Assembly: GCA_026394935.1 (NCBI GenBank)
Contig: JAPLZR010000081.1
Span: forward strand, 4,178-39,606
Length of the DNA: 35,429 nt
Origin: Candidatus Woesearchaeota archaeon
Lineage (GTDB): Archaea > Nanobdellota > Nanobdellia > Woesearchaeales > ARS49
Reading direction: 5' to 3'
The translations under genes and the position numbers were made by a program. Under the pieces are notes generated by a model. That model did not search any database. It saw only the letters and a program-made list of their open reading frames with translations, and was not told the origin of the DNA. Positions 23,331-31,172 of the stretch are shown here, piece by piece. Within the stretch, counting starts at the first letter, position 1. The number at the start of each line of letters is the position of its first letter.

Positions 23331-24712
23331 ACTCGTATATCATCTAATGATAACGGAATGAAAGCTCCTTTTCCATTCTTATGGCCTTTATAATGTTCAA
23401 TGTGAAGTTTTTCTTTAGGATTTGTTAATCCGATGCTTCTTTGCATCGCATAAACCTCGGCTGCAAGTGTGGTAGTTCCTATGACTGGCGGCAACCATAG
23501 TCCTAATTGTCGGTTTAGTTCTGTTGTGATTATTTCTCTTGTAATGCAATAGAGTTTGGCTTGGTCTTTATATTCGCTTTCATCTGCTAATCTTTCCAGT
23601 CTTTTTGCTTTTTTTGGGTCTTTTTCGTACATTTCTTTAGGAGGATATTTGATTTCTTTTGGTCCTGTCAATTTTTGCATAATCTTTTGTGAAGTGGCAA
23701 CTAGCATTTCTGCATCTGTTGCAACTCCATTAAAGCCGGATTCTCTGACGTAATGAGCGCCTGTTAAGTCGCTGACACCGCCAATTCTGATGTTTTGTTC
23801 GTGAACCCAGCCGTGTGTAATTCCGAGTTTCCAGATTATTGCCATGTCTCTGGCCGCAGAGCGTATAATGTATTCGGCGAATTCTTTATTTGACATGCCT
23901 AAGGCTTCAGCAACATCCCGCAAATTTTCATCGTAATGCGATAATGGTGGTGAAGATTTGACTGCTCTGATGTATGCTCCCAGTTCTTGTCCATCAAATT
24001 GAGTGAGTGGAAATTTATATGCTGCAACTAAAACTACGCTATCGTAACCATTTGAGTTGAGATTTTTGAGCATATCGATTGAATTGTTCATTCTTGCAAC
24101 AGTTAAACCACCGGCACATTCCCCGCCATCACAATAGTTTTGTCTTAGGTCAATGGGTTTTTCGCCAAAATTGACGCCTTTTACTTCTAATAGGTAGGGT
24201 TGTCCGTTAATTATTACTGGTTTTTCAAATGCGGCTGTTCTTCCAGTGGTCCATTTCATCCGCGCAACTTCCATTTGGATAGTTTCGCCGGTTGTTCTCA
24301 ATCCAAATAAGGATGGTCTAAAGAATGGTGTGAGAGAAGATACGCCGAGTTGCGTTAAAATGGCTTCTAAATCTTTATGTGCATAAACTAAATCAGCACC
24401 TTGTAAAATGTCAAAATCTCTATTTACTAATCTATACTCCTCAGTCGCTTGATCAGATGAATTTCCTGTTTCAAAACCAACAGCTCGCTTCCAGAATCCT
24501 TTTTCTTCTCTGGCTAAACCTTTACTGCCTGGCAATATTTCTGTTTTTGCATTTTTGCAAACAACTTTTTCAACTCCTTTTTGTCCTGGCAACGGTTCGG
24601 AAATGATGTGCTTATATCTGGAGAAGTCAAATACATAGGTCTCTTGTTCTGGCAGCATGATATCCTCTACTTTGCCGTTTATGACTGCCCGTCCATTTCT
24701 TATTTTAGTCAT
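23285..24712 (-). CDS. Atypical protein-kinase-like fold protein (APH/RIO/Kdo-like catalytic loop)
   Basis: 475 aa. GITHGWVHEQNIRIGGVSDLTGA resembles the HGDxHxxN ... D(F/L)xx catalytic and Mg-binding loops of atypical kinases. The assignment is by eye only. Its last 15 codons read the duplicated kinase-tail DNA in the +1 frame. Confidence 0.7.
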   Translation of the reverse strand: MTKIRNGRAVINGKVEDIMLPEQETYVFDFSRYKHIISEPLPGQKGVEKVVCKNAKTEILPGSKGLAREEKGFWKRAVGFETGNSSDQATEEYRLVNRDFDILQGADLVYAHKDLEAILTQLGVSSLTPFFRPSLFGLRTTGETIQMEVARMKWTTGRTAAFEKPVIINGQPYLLEVKGVNFGEKPIDLRQNYCDGGECAGGLTVARMNNSIDMLKNLNSNGYDSVVLVAAYKFPLTQFDGQELGAYIRAVKSSPPLSHYDENLRDVAEALGMSNKEFAEYIIRSAARDMAIIWKLGITHGWVHEQNIRIGGVSDLTGAHYVRESGFNGVATDAEMLVATSQKIMQKLTGPKEIKYPPKEMYEKDPKKAKRLERLADESEYKDQAKLYCITREIITTELNRQLGLWLPPVIGTTTLAAEVYAMQRSIGLTNPKEKLHIEHYKGHKNGKGAFIPLSLDDIRVPKYHKTTFKEYSTR

Positions 24713-24733
24713 TTCGTCATCTAAGAGTTTGTT

Positions 24734-26554
24734 CTATTTCGTTGTCTGTAAGATTGGTTCTGATATTCCTAAAACTGTTGCTAGTATTCCGCCGAAGACG
24801 CCTGCTTCCAGTAAATGTTCGAGCAGTATGCCGGTTGAACCTTTGGTGTTGAATTCTCCGACTTTTTTCAGGCCGTAGGCGTTTCTCATTGGAATTGAGA
24901 TTTGTTCGCTTATTGGGTTGAGTATTCTTTGAAGGTTGTTTTGTGATATTTTGGCGTTGGAAAATAGTGATGCGAATGCGCTGCCTTCTCTGTATCCTAT
25001 TGCGTTTTGTGCTGTTGTTGCGTAGTCGTTCATGGTATTGATTAGGTTTGCTGGTGTGTCTCCTACAACTTCTGATATGATTTCTTTGTCAGATAGGTTT
25101 CTGACGTCGTACAATATTTTTTTGACTTTTTCTCCTGCTTCTGCTGTTCTTTCGTCGCTTAATTCTGCATAGTGTTGGCCGATTAAGTATACTGGCACAG
25201 AGGCTGCAGCTACTGTTCCTAGTTTGAGCAGGTTTCTTCTGGACGTGTTTTTTGAGGCGCTGAATTGTTTGTCAGTGAACAGTTCTAGTCCTTCTTCGTA
25301 GAACATTAGTGCTGCTCCGATTGAGCCGTAAGCGCAGGCTAGTATTGCTATTTCTCCTGCAAGGTTGGCTTTTTCTTTATTTATTTCGAAATTGTTTTCA
25401 GAGTGGTCGAAGAATGGTTGTTTGCTGACTGAGGCTATTTTGTTTGTGATGTCTTCTGTGTTGTCTCTCCATTTTTTTACTGTGTCTTTGTCAGGCAGGC
25501 CTTTCGGAACTTCCCAGTAATAGACTGTTTCTGTCTCGATTCTCAGTGTCACGTTTCCGTCCATGTCTACTTCAGGTACTGTTCTGGTTTCAGTTCTGCT
25601 TTTGTAATACTGTTTTTTGTAATGGCTCCAGAGGTTGTCTAAATCATTTTTGACTGAGGTAAAGCATCCTTCAAGCTGGTTTATGCTTTGCTGGTATTCT
25701 TTTATTTTTTCTACAGGGCTTAGTTTGACTACCGGGTATTCTTTTCTGCTGATTAGGCTTTTGACAGCAAGTCCTGCTACTGGAATGAGGGCGCAGAATT
25801 CTGCGATTTTTGCCCAGGTGCCTTCAAGGAATTGTCTTCTTGGGAGTTGTTTTGCATTGTTTAAAACTAGGTAGAATATTACGCCAAGGCTGTAGAGGTC
25901 GAATCTTTTGTCTGGGTTTTTGTGCTCTTCAGGGTCTGGTGGGAAATATCCGAGTGTTCCTTCCAGGCCTGCTGATTCTTTTGTTCTGGAAAGTGATTGT
26001 CTTAATGACATTGAGAATTCTGGGTGTTCTGTTATGATTTTCCCTAATCCGAAGTCTGATATCTTGGCTTGGTTGTCTGGTGTGATCAGTATGTTGTTTG
26101 GTTTTAAGTCCTTGTGGATTAATCCTGAGTCGTGTGCTGCCTGAAGTCCTTCTATCGTTTGGTTCATGATTTGATAGAGTTTGTCATTGGTTATTTCTGT
26201 TACATCAAGGGCTTTTAGGCCTTCCACGTAATCCATTATGATGAATGGTGATGGCTCAAAGCGGCCGTAGAATGATGATGCTGCATCGAATCCGTGGACT
26301 CTTAGCACGTTCGGATGTCTGATTCCTGAAACGAGTCTGTATTCTTTTTTCAGTTCATTTACAAGGTGGGTTTTGTTTTCTTTTAGGAATTTTAGGGCGA
26401 ATTTTCTGTTGTCTTTTTCAGCGAGGTACACTACTCCAAATCCGCCTTCGCCAAGTTTTCTGATGATTTTGTGCCCTGCGATGGTTCTGCCTGTGAAGTC
26501 TGAACTGTTCCAGGGCTTTTCATTCTCTTTTTGCAGACTGTTTTCTAGAGTCAT
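24734..26554 (-). CDS. Hanks-type Ser/Thr protein kinase with membrane-spanning C-terminal region
   Basis: 606 aa. Contains GEGGFGVVY, ALKFL, HKDLKPNNIL, SDFGLGK, GTLGYFPP and DLYSLGVIFY. Several hydrophobic segments follow the kinase domain, and the hydrophobic tail is GILLEHLLEAGVFGGILATVLGI. Confidence 0.92.
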   Translation of the reverse strand: MTLENSLQKENEKPWNSSDFTGRTIAGHKIIRKLGEGGFGVVYLAEKDNRKFALKFLKENKTHLVNELKKEYRLVSGIRHPNVLRVHGFDAASSFYGRFEPSPFIIMDYVEGLKALDVTEITNDKLYQIMNQTIEGLQAAHDSGLIHKDLKPNNILITPDNQAKISDFGLGKIITEHPEFSMSLRQSLSRTKESAGLEGTLGYFPPDPEEHKNPDKRFDLYSLGVIFYLVLNNAKQLPRRQFLEGTWAKIAEFCALIPVAGLAVKSLISRKEYPVVKLSPVEKIKEYQQSINQLEGCFTSVKNDLDNLWSHYKKQYYKSRTETRTVPEVDMDGNVTLRIETETVYYWEVPKGLPDKDTVKKWRDNTEDITNKIASVSKQPFFDHSENNFEINKEKANLAGEIAILACAYGSIGAALMFYEEGLELFTDKQFSASKNTSRRNLLKLGTVAAASVPVYLIGQHYAELSDERTAEAGEKVKKILYDVRNLSDKEIISEVVGDTPANLINTMNDYATTAQNAIGYREGSAFASLFSNAKISQNNLQRILNPISEQISIPMRNAYGLKKVGEFNTKGSTGILLEHLLEAGVFGGILATVLGISEPILQTTK

Positions 26555-26557
26555 GTT

Positions 26558-26905
26558 TTATTGTGTCAGAAATTTAGAAAGCTCGCCTATTACATATAAT
26601 TTCATGTGTGAGTCGAATGTTCTTTCATGGTCGTAACTGCGCACTGCGTAGTCGAAAGCTTCTCTTGCTACCCTTTTCGCTTCTTTTAAATCCGCATCAG
26701 AATTGTTAAAATTGCACATGTCTTTTGCAAGCATTTCGATTGTTGGAGTGAATTCGTGCAGCAATCGTTTATTTGCTTTCGTATCACCTTCTTTTGATAG
26801 ATCTATCAGCGTGGTTATTCTGCCTTTTGTGTGCGCTTCTCTTGTTGTTTGAGGGCACATTGCTGTCCAAACACCAACCGCCTCATTAATCCTGTACTCA
26901 CTCAT
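26558..26905 (-). CDS. Hypothetical protein; possible sigma-70 region-2-like helical domain
   Basis: 115 aa, ending 3 nt before the kinase start. REAFDYAVRSYDHERTFDSHMKLYVIGELSKFL loosely resembles the sigma r2 pattern (A...FD..R...F.tYa...I.GEi.r.L). A TATA-like AAAGATTTATAAAC lies about 25 nt upstream. Confidence 0.6.
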   Translation of the reverse strand: MSEYRINEAVGVWTAMCPQTTREAHTKGRITTLIDLSKEGDTKANKRLLHEFTPTIEMLAKDMCNFNNSDADLKEAKRVAREAFDYAVRSYDHERTFDSHMKLYVIGELSKFLTQ

Positions 26906-26994
26906 GAGAAGTAACGATGTTGGTTCGTTTATAAATCTTTCTTGCAGACATCAAATCCATAAACCTTAAAAACAGTTAAACTCGTATTCCGTCA

Positions 26995-27642
26995 ATGGTA
27001 AGCGTTCATCTTGGTCCGAGCTGGTTTTTTGGTGCTGATGCCTGTTTGGAGGCTTTGGCTTCTGTTATTGCTTTTTTTGTTGCATTGGCGTCTTTCAGGG
27101 TTTACAGGCTCACGAAAGAGAGGAAGTATGGTTATTTTACTGTGAGCATGGTCTTGTTGACGTTGAGTTTTCTTTCCCGTGCTGTTACTGATGCGTTGAT
27201 GGAGGAAATATTGTTTAAGGTGCCTGCCAGGCTTGTTGGCTCGATTTTCTATGCTGGTTATGTTGCGCATATCTTGCTTGCTTTGGTTGCTTATCTGCTT
27301 TTGTTCATGATTACTCATAAGCTGGCTGACAAGCGTGTTATTGCGCTTTTGTTCCTGATTTTGATTCCGAGTTTGCTGCTTAGCGGCAGTTATTATATGA
27401 GTTTTTACGGTATTAGTGCTTTGTTGCTGGGCTTTATCGCTTTGGCTTACTGGCAGAATTATCGCAAGGTGTGCAAGCTTGCTGCTTGTTTGGTGTTTGC
27501 TTCGTTTTCGCTTTTGACTGTTGCTCAACTCTTGTTTTTGCTTGAGGCGCATCTCAAGCTGTTTTACGTTGCTGCAGAACTGACTCAGGCAGCAGGCTAT
27601 TTGTTGTTGCTTTTCGCATTGATTAAGACGATGTTCAAATGA
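26995..27642 (+). CDS. Polytopic membrane protein (about 6-7 TM)
   Basis: 215 aa, hydrophobic throughout. Its stop overlaps the next start (ATGA at 27639-27642). Confidence 0.75.
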   Translation: MVSVHLGPSWFFGADACLEALASVIAFFVALASFRVYRLTKERKYGYFTVSMVLLTLSFLSRAVTDALMEEILFKVPARLVGSIFYAGYVAHILLALVAYLLLFMITHKLADKRVIALLFLILIPSLLLSGSYYMSFYGISALLLGFIALAYWQNYRKVCKLAACLVFASFSLLTVAQLLFLLEAHLKLFYVAAELTQAAGYLLLLFALIKTMFK

Positions 27643-27905
27643 AACGTTCAAAAATCGATATAGTGTACGATATGCTTCGTGCAATTGAGGACAAGGGAGG
27701 AAGGATTATTCCCACGCATTTGCTGTACAAGTCAAACCTTTCCCATCAGAGGATGAAATTGTACTTGGATGAATTGAAGCAGAAGAGTATGATTGTTGAG
27801 ACTCATTCTAATGACAAGACTTTTTTTGAGCTTACTGATGTCGGCAGGAAGTTCATCCAGAACTTCAAGCAGATGAAGGAATTCACGCAGGCGTTTGGAT
27901 TGTAA
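27639..27905 (+). CDS. Winged-helix DNA-binding protein (HTH_45-like)
   Basis: 88 aa. KIDIVYDMLRAIEDKGG...THLLYKSNLSHQRMKLYLDELKQKSMI is the pattern typical of small archaeal wHTH proteins. Confidence 0.65.
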   Translation: MKRSKIDIVYDMLRAIEDKGGRIIPTHLLYKSNLSHQRMKLYLDELKQKSMIVETHSNDKTFFELTDVGRKFIQNFKQMKEFTQAFGL

Positions 27906-27972
27906 TAGACGAATAATATCTGTTGTGCGTTTTTCGAATATTTTATAAATTCTGATGGTCATCTAAGAAAAT

Positions 27973-28542
27973 GTGAATTTAGGAAAAACACTTTATGTGA
28001 CTGATAGAGAACCGTGGCGTTTATGGCTTGCTAAAAATCACGCTAAAGAAAAAGAAATTTGGCTGGTTTATTATAGAAAATCATCTGGTAAGCCAAGAAT
28101 CCCGTACGATAGCGCAGTTGAAGAAGCACTCTGCTATGGTTGGATTGACAGCATTGTCAAAAGAGTGGATAATGATAGGTTTGCACAGAGGTTTACTCCT
28201 CGAAGGCCTAAAAGCTCTGTTTCAGAGATGAATAAGGAGCGTATCCGCAGACTCATTAAAGAAAAGAAGATGACTCCTATCGGGCTTGATGCAGTTTCAA
28301 AAGTCTTTGACAAATCTAAAGATGAGAACGAGAGATTCACTATCGCGCCTGATATAATTAAAGTGTTAAAAGCAGATGTGCAAGCATGGAAGCATTTCCA
28401 AAATTTTTCGGAAGGTTACAAAAAAGTTCGTATAGGTTTTATTGAAAGCCGTAGACGTCATGGTGATGGCGTGTTTCAAAAAAGTCTGCAGCATTTCACG
28501 AGAATGACGGCAAAAAACAAGAAATTTGGAATGGTGCAATAA
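27973..28542 (+). CDS. YdeI/OmpD-associated family protein
   Basis: 189 aa, GTG start. WRLWLAKNH...EIWLVYYRKSSGKPRIPYDSAVEEALCYGWIDSIVKRVDNDRFAQRFTPRRPKS matches the PF13376 layout. Confidence 0.8.
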   Translation: MNLGKTLYVTDREPWRLWLAKNHAKEKEIWLVYYRKSSGKPRIPYDSAVEEALCYGWIDSIVKRVDNDRFAQRFTPRRPKSSVSEMNKERIRRLIKEKKMTPIGLDAVSKVFDKSKDENERFTIAPDIIKVLKADVQAWKHFQNFSEGYKKVRIGFIESRRRHGDGVFQKSLQHFTRMTAKNKKFGMVQ

Positions 28543-28588
28543 AACGTCTCGCAGGTGCCCCATTTTTCTGGAGCAAGACTTCCTAAAT

Positions 28589-28639
28589 AGAAACATTTAT
28601 ATATTGCTATTAACTAAAGGTTAATAACTATTAACTAAA
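28589..28639 (+). promoter_or_regulatory. TATA box plus two direct-repeat operator-like sites
   Basis: GAAACATTTATATATTGC (28589-28606) is followed by CTATTAACTAAA at 28607-28618 and again at 28628-28639, with 21-nt spacing. The second copy ends 13 nt before the ATG at 28653. Confidence 0.45.
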
Positions 28640-28652
28640 AGGAAACAGTGAG

Positions 28653-29255
28653 ATGAAAACAGATAAACCTGGTGCGAAAATCCTGAAAATACTGCTTAAA
28701 GACTTTACAGTAAAACCCACTATAACAGCCCTGGCCGAGGAACTGGGTATGAGCCGGGTGGGAGTTTGGAAAGTTCTTAAAAAGTTAGAAGCAGAAAAAC
28801 TTGCTGTTCTTTCTCCGATTGGAGCAGGGAAAACAAGCACGTATAGTATAAGTTTAAACTGGGATAATCCTCTCACTGAAAAAAATCTTGCTCTTGCTTT
28901 AACAGAAGACGCCTTAGAAAATCAGAGATGGCGCAGTAATTTTGCAGAACTTGAAAAAAAAGTGGATTTCCTCGTCATTTATGGAAGTATAATTCATTCG
29001 CCGAAAGAAGCCGATGATATTGATATACTGAGTGTTGTTTCTAACAAGAATAAATTTTTGGACATCGATGAATCTATCAGGAAGACCCAAAAAACCCAAA
29101 TCAAGAAGATTCATTCTTTGAGTTTTACACAAGCAGAATTTAAGCAGGAGCTGGAGAAGCCGAATAAGGTGTTTATCGATGCTGTTAAGAAAGGAATAAT
29201 ATTGTTTGGGCAGGAAAAATTTATTGCGTTCATAAGGAGTGTGGCTAAAAGATGA
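28653..29255 (+). CDS. wHTH-fused minimal nucleotidyltransferase (MNT-like)
   Basis: 200 aa. N-terminal wHTH (ITALAEELGMSRVGVWKVLKKLEAEK) followed by an NTase motif, YGSIIHSPKEADDIDIL (GS...DxD). Confidence 0.7.
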   Translation: MKTDKPGAKILKILLKDFTVKPTITALAEELGMSRVGVWKVLKKLEAEKLAVLSPIGAGKTSTYSISLNWDNPLTEKNLALALTEDALENQRWRSNFAELEKKVDFLVIYGSIIHSPKEADDIDILSVVSNKNKFLDIDESIRKTQKTQIKKIHSLSFTQAEFKQELEKPNKVFIDAVKKGIILFGQEKFIAFIRSVAKR

Positions 29256-29788
29256 AGAAAGAAGTCAGGGACTGTTTTGTATTTGCTGCAAAGGATGAGG
29301 AGAAAGGCAGGAAGCATAAAGGCCTTCTTATCACTAAGCCTGACGATAAAATGGCGGAGGAATATATCGCTAAGGCAAAGATAAACTTGCAGCTTTGTGA
29401 TTTGTATAAATCGCAGGGGTATGATTACAAAATTCCTGAAGAGTGGTTTTATACTCTTTATTATTGCGCTCTTGCTATTTTGTCAAAGTTTGGGATTGAA
29501 AGCAGAAGCCAAAAGTGCACTGCCGCTTTTTTGCGGTATGCTAAAGATAGTGGACTAATGGATTATGATGACGAATTTATTGACAGAATAACTGTTTATA
29601 GTGCTAAAGAAGAAAAATCAGATGTAGATGAGAGAGAAACTGCAAGATACGGTTCATCCATAAAAAGCAAGGAAGTTGAAGTTAAATATGAATATATGGC
29701 CGATATTTGTAAAAAAGCAATTTCTCAGGCAGAAGAAATAGTTTTCTCAGATAAAGAATTCAAGGTTCCTGAAGAATTATACGAATAA
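29252..29788 (+). CDS. HEPN-like protein, partner of the MNT gene
   Basis: 178 aa, with an ATGA overlap onto the NTase gene. Helical pattern AEEYIAKAKINLQLCDLYKSQGYD...WFYTLYYCALAILSKFGIESRSQKCTAAFL. The expected R-x4-6-H appears as RSQKCT, lacking His. Confidence 0.55.
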   Translation: MKKEVRDCFVFAAKDEEKGRKHKGLLITKPDDKMAEEYIAKAKINLQLCDLYKSQGYDYKIPEEWFYTLYYCALAILSKFGIESRSQKCTAAFLRYAKDSGLMDYDDEFIDRITVYSAKEEKSDVDERETARYGSSIKSKEVEVKYEYMADICKKAISQAEEIVFSDKEFKVPEELYE

Positions 29789-29903
29789 CTAGCCAAAAAA
29801 TCAACTTCGTTAAATCGCGATGTTAGTTTCAATTTCAGGTTTTTTAACGGTCTGCCTAAAACCCAAAACTCTTCGGACGAAGTTTGACCACACGTCGTAA
29901 GTG

Positions 29904-29917
29904 CGTTTAATATCTGT
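29904..29917 (+). repeat. Short direct repeat R2, copy a (partner 32231-32244)
   Basis: cgtttaatatctgt is exact in both copies, with imperfect similarity extending about 10 nt upstream and a shared acccaaa (29861 / 32207). It overlaps the stop codon of the 203-aa gene. Confidence 0.4.
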
Positions 29918-30518
29918 CGGGCTCTTCTAGAATAATTCTTCTTACTTCAACATTCTCAAATCCTCGGAATTCTAATAACTTTTTAGTTTGTTGATTTCTG
30001 ACCCGGACTCTTTTGGCATCCGGCAAGTGCAAACTTCGGGTTACTAACTGAACTGAAGAAGGTTTTTTTTCTACATTTTTCAGCCATTTTAATTTCGGCC
30101 AAGATGGTTTGAAAATCAGTCTTTTTTCATAATCCGTCATTTGATAATTCTTATGGCTGGAATTCAGGACCAAATGCCAATAACCATAATCCATAAAAAC
30201 TCCTTCAACCTTTTCGAATGAAAAAAGAACATCATTTGGACCATCTGACAAGATTTTTCTCCACTGATTCTGATAACCGGTCATTCTGATATCTTCGTCA
30301 GTTGTTCCAACTGCCAAGAATAACGGATAAAAACCAACTTCTTTTTCTAACCAGGAATATGCATCTTTGAAGTCTTGGTCAGCATGTTCAGGACTGGCTT
30401 CCACCCTTCCATAAACTGCACTGTCCAGAGATCTGCAATGATGGTATTGTAACATGACAATGAGAAATCGGCAAACATTATTAAATTTATTGAGCCCGAA
30501 CGCGGCTTCTTCGTTCAC
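29907..30518 (-). CDS. Hypothetical protein
   Basis: 203 aa from GTG 30518 (alternative ATG at 30455). No family recognised. It is flanked exactly by repeats R2a and R1a. Confidence 0.55.
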   Translation of the reverse strand: MNEEAAFGLNKFNNVCRFLIVMLQYHHCRSLDSAVYGRVEASPEHADQDFKDAYSWLEKEVGFYPLFLAVGTTDEDIRMTGYQNQWRKILSDGPNDVLFSFEKVEGVFMDYGYWHLVLNSSHKNYQMTDYEKRLIFKPSWPKLKWLKNVEKKPSSVQLVTRSLHLPDAKRVRVRNQQTKKLLEFRGFENVEVRRIILEEPDRY

Positions 30519-30535
30519 TCGAGCACCATTGCACT
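30519..30535 (+). repeat. Short direct repeat R1, copy a (partner 32117-32133)
   Basis: tcgagcaccattgcact (17 nt) is exact in both copies. It directly abuts the start codon of the 203-aa gene. Confidence 0.5.
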
Positions 30536-30626
30536 CTCAGCCTTCAGCTCCGGGGCAAAATTTATGAGGGGGCAAAAGTGTTAAAATTTATCAAAGACTA
30601 TATAGTGATTGCCTCCTCGATTAACT

Positions 30627-30659
30627 GCTTTTTTACCTACTTAATAATGGTAAAAAAGC
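30627..30659 (+). promoter_or_regulatory. Perfect 11-bp inverted repeat next to a TATA box
   Basis: gcttttttacc-(11 nt)-ggtaaaaaagc is immediately followed by CAAGTTTTATATAC, about 25 nt upstream of the ATG at 30696. Confidence 0.4.
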
Positions 30660-30695
30660 ACAAGTTTTATATACTGTGAAGAATTAGAAAATAGT

Positions 30696-31172
30696 ATGTC
30701 ACAATATTTAAATACTTCAAAAGCCTGTACAGAACTAATGGGGGTTTCTCAGGAAGTAACAATACTTGAAAGAACAGTTCGCCGACTTGCTGCTGAGTTA
30801 GGTATTCCGTTGCGAAATACTGCGGGTGTTTCTTATGAGCAGGCGCTAGAAGGAAATAGCGGTATAGACCTTAACTATCACCGTGATTTTGATGGGTACG
30901 AGTGTTTTGCTGCTAAAAAAGAAAATAGTGGATTTGCGATCATGTCTGCCAGAGGAGAATATAGTATTTGTTTAAAAAATCGTGGTAGAAATCTGAAGAA
31001 AAGCGCTCTTGCCGAGCCAGCAAACGGAATTGAAAAAAAGCTAAATCTTCGAATACTAATTCCAGATGACATACGTTCAGAACCTGAGAAAATTCATGAG
31101 CCTCTTGTTGATATTGAAGAAGCTGAGCTTGATGCCATAACTTCTCGGACAGTATTGAAATATTTGTCCTAA
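30696..31172 (+). CDS. Hypothetical protein with N-terminal HTH-like segment
   Basis: 158 aa. SKACTELMGVSQEVTILERTVRRLAAELGIP. Converges on the next gene and overlaps it by 4 nt. Confidence 0.55.
   Translation: MSQYLNTSKACTELMGVSQEVTILERTVRRLAAELGIPLRNTAGVSYEQALEGNSGIDLNYHRDFDGYECFAAKKENSGFAIMSARGEYSICLKNRGRNLKKSALAEPANGIEKKLNLRILIPDDIRSEPEKIHEPLVDIEEAELDAITSRTVLKYLS

Noticed and set aside
27906-27935. Third partial copy of the R2 repeat (aataatatctgttg, compared with tttaatatctgtcg).
   Set aside because: Only about 10 nt are shared (taatatctgt), which is well within chance expectation for AT-rich sequence.
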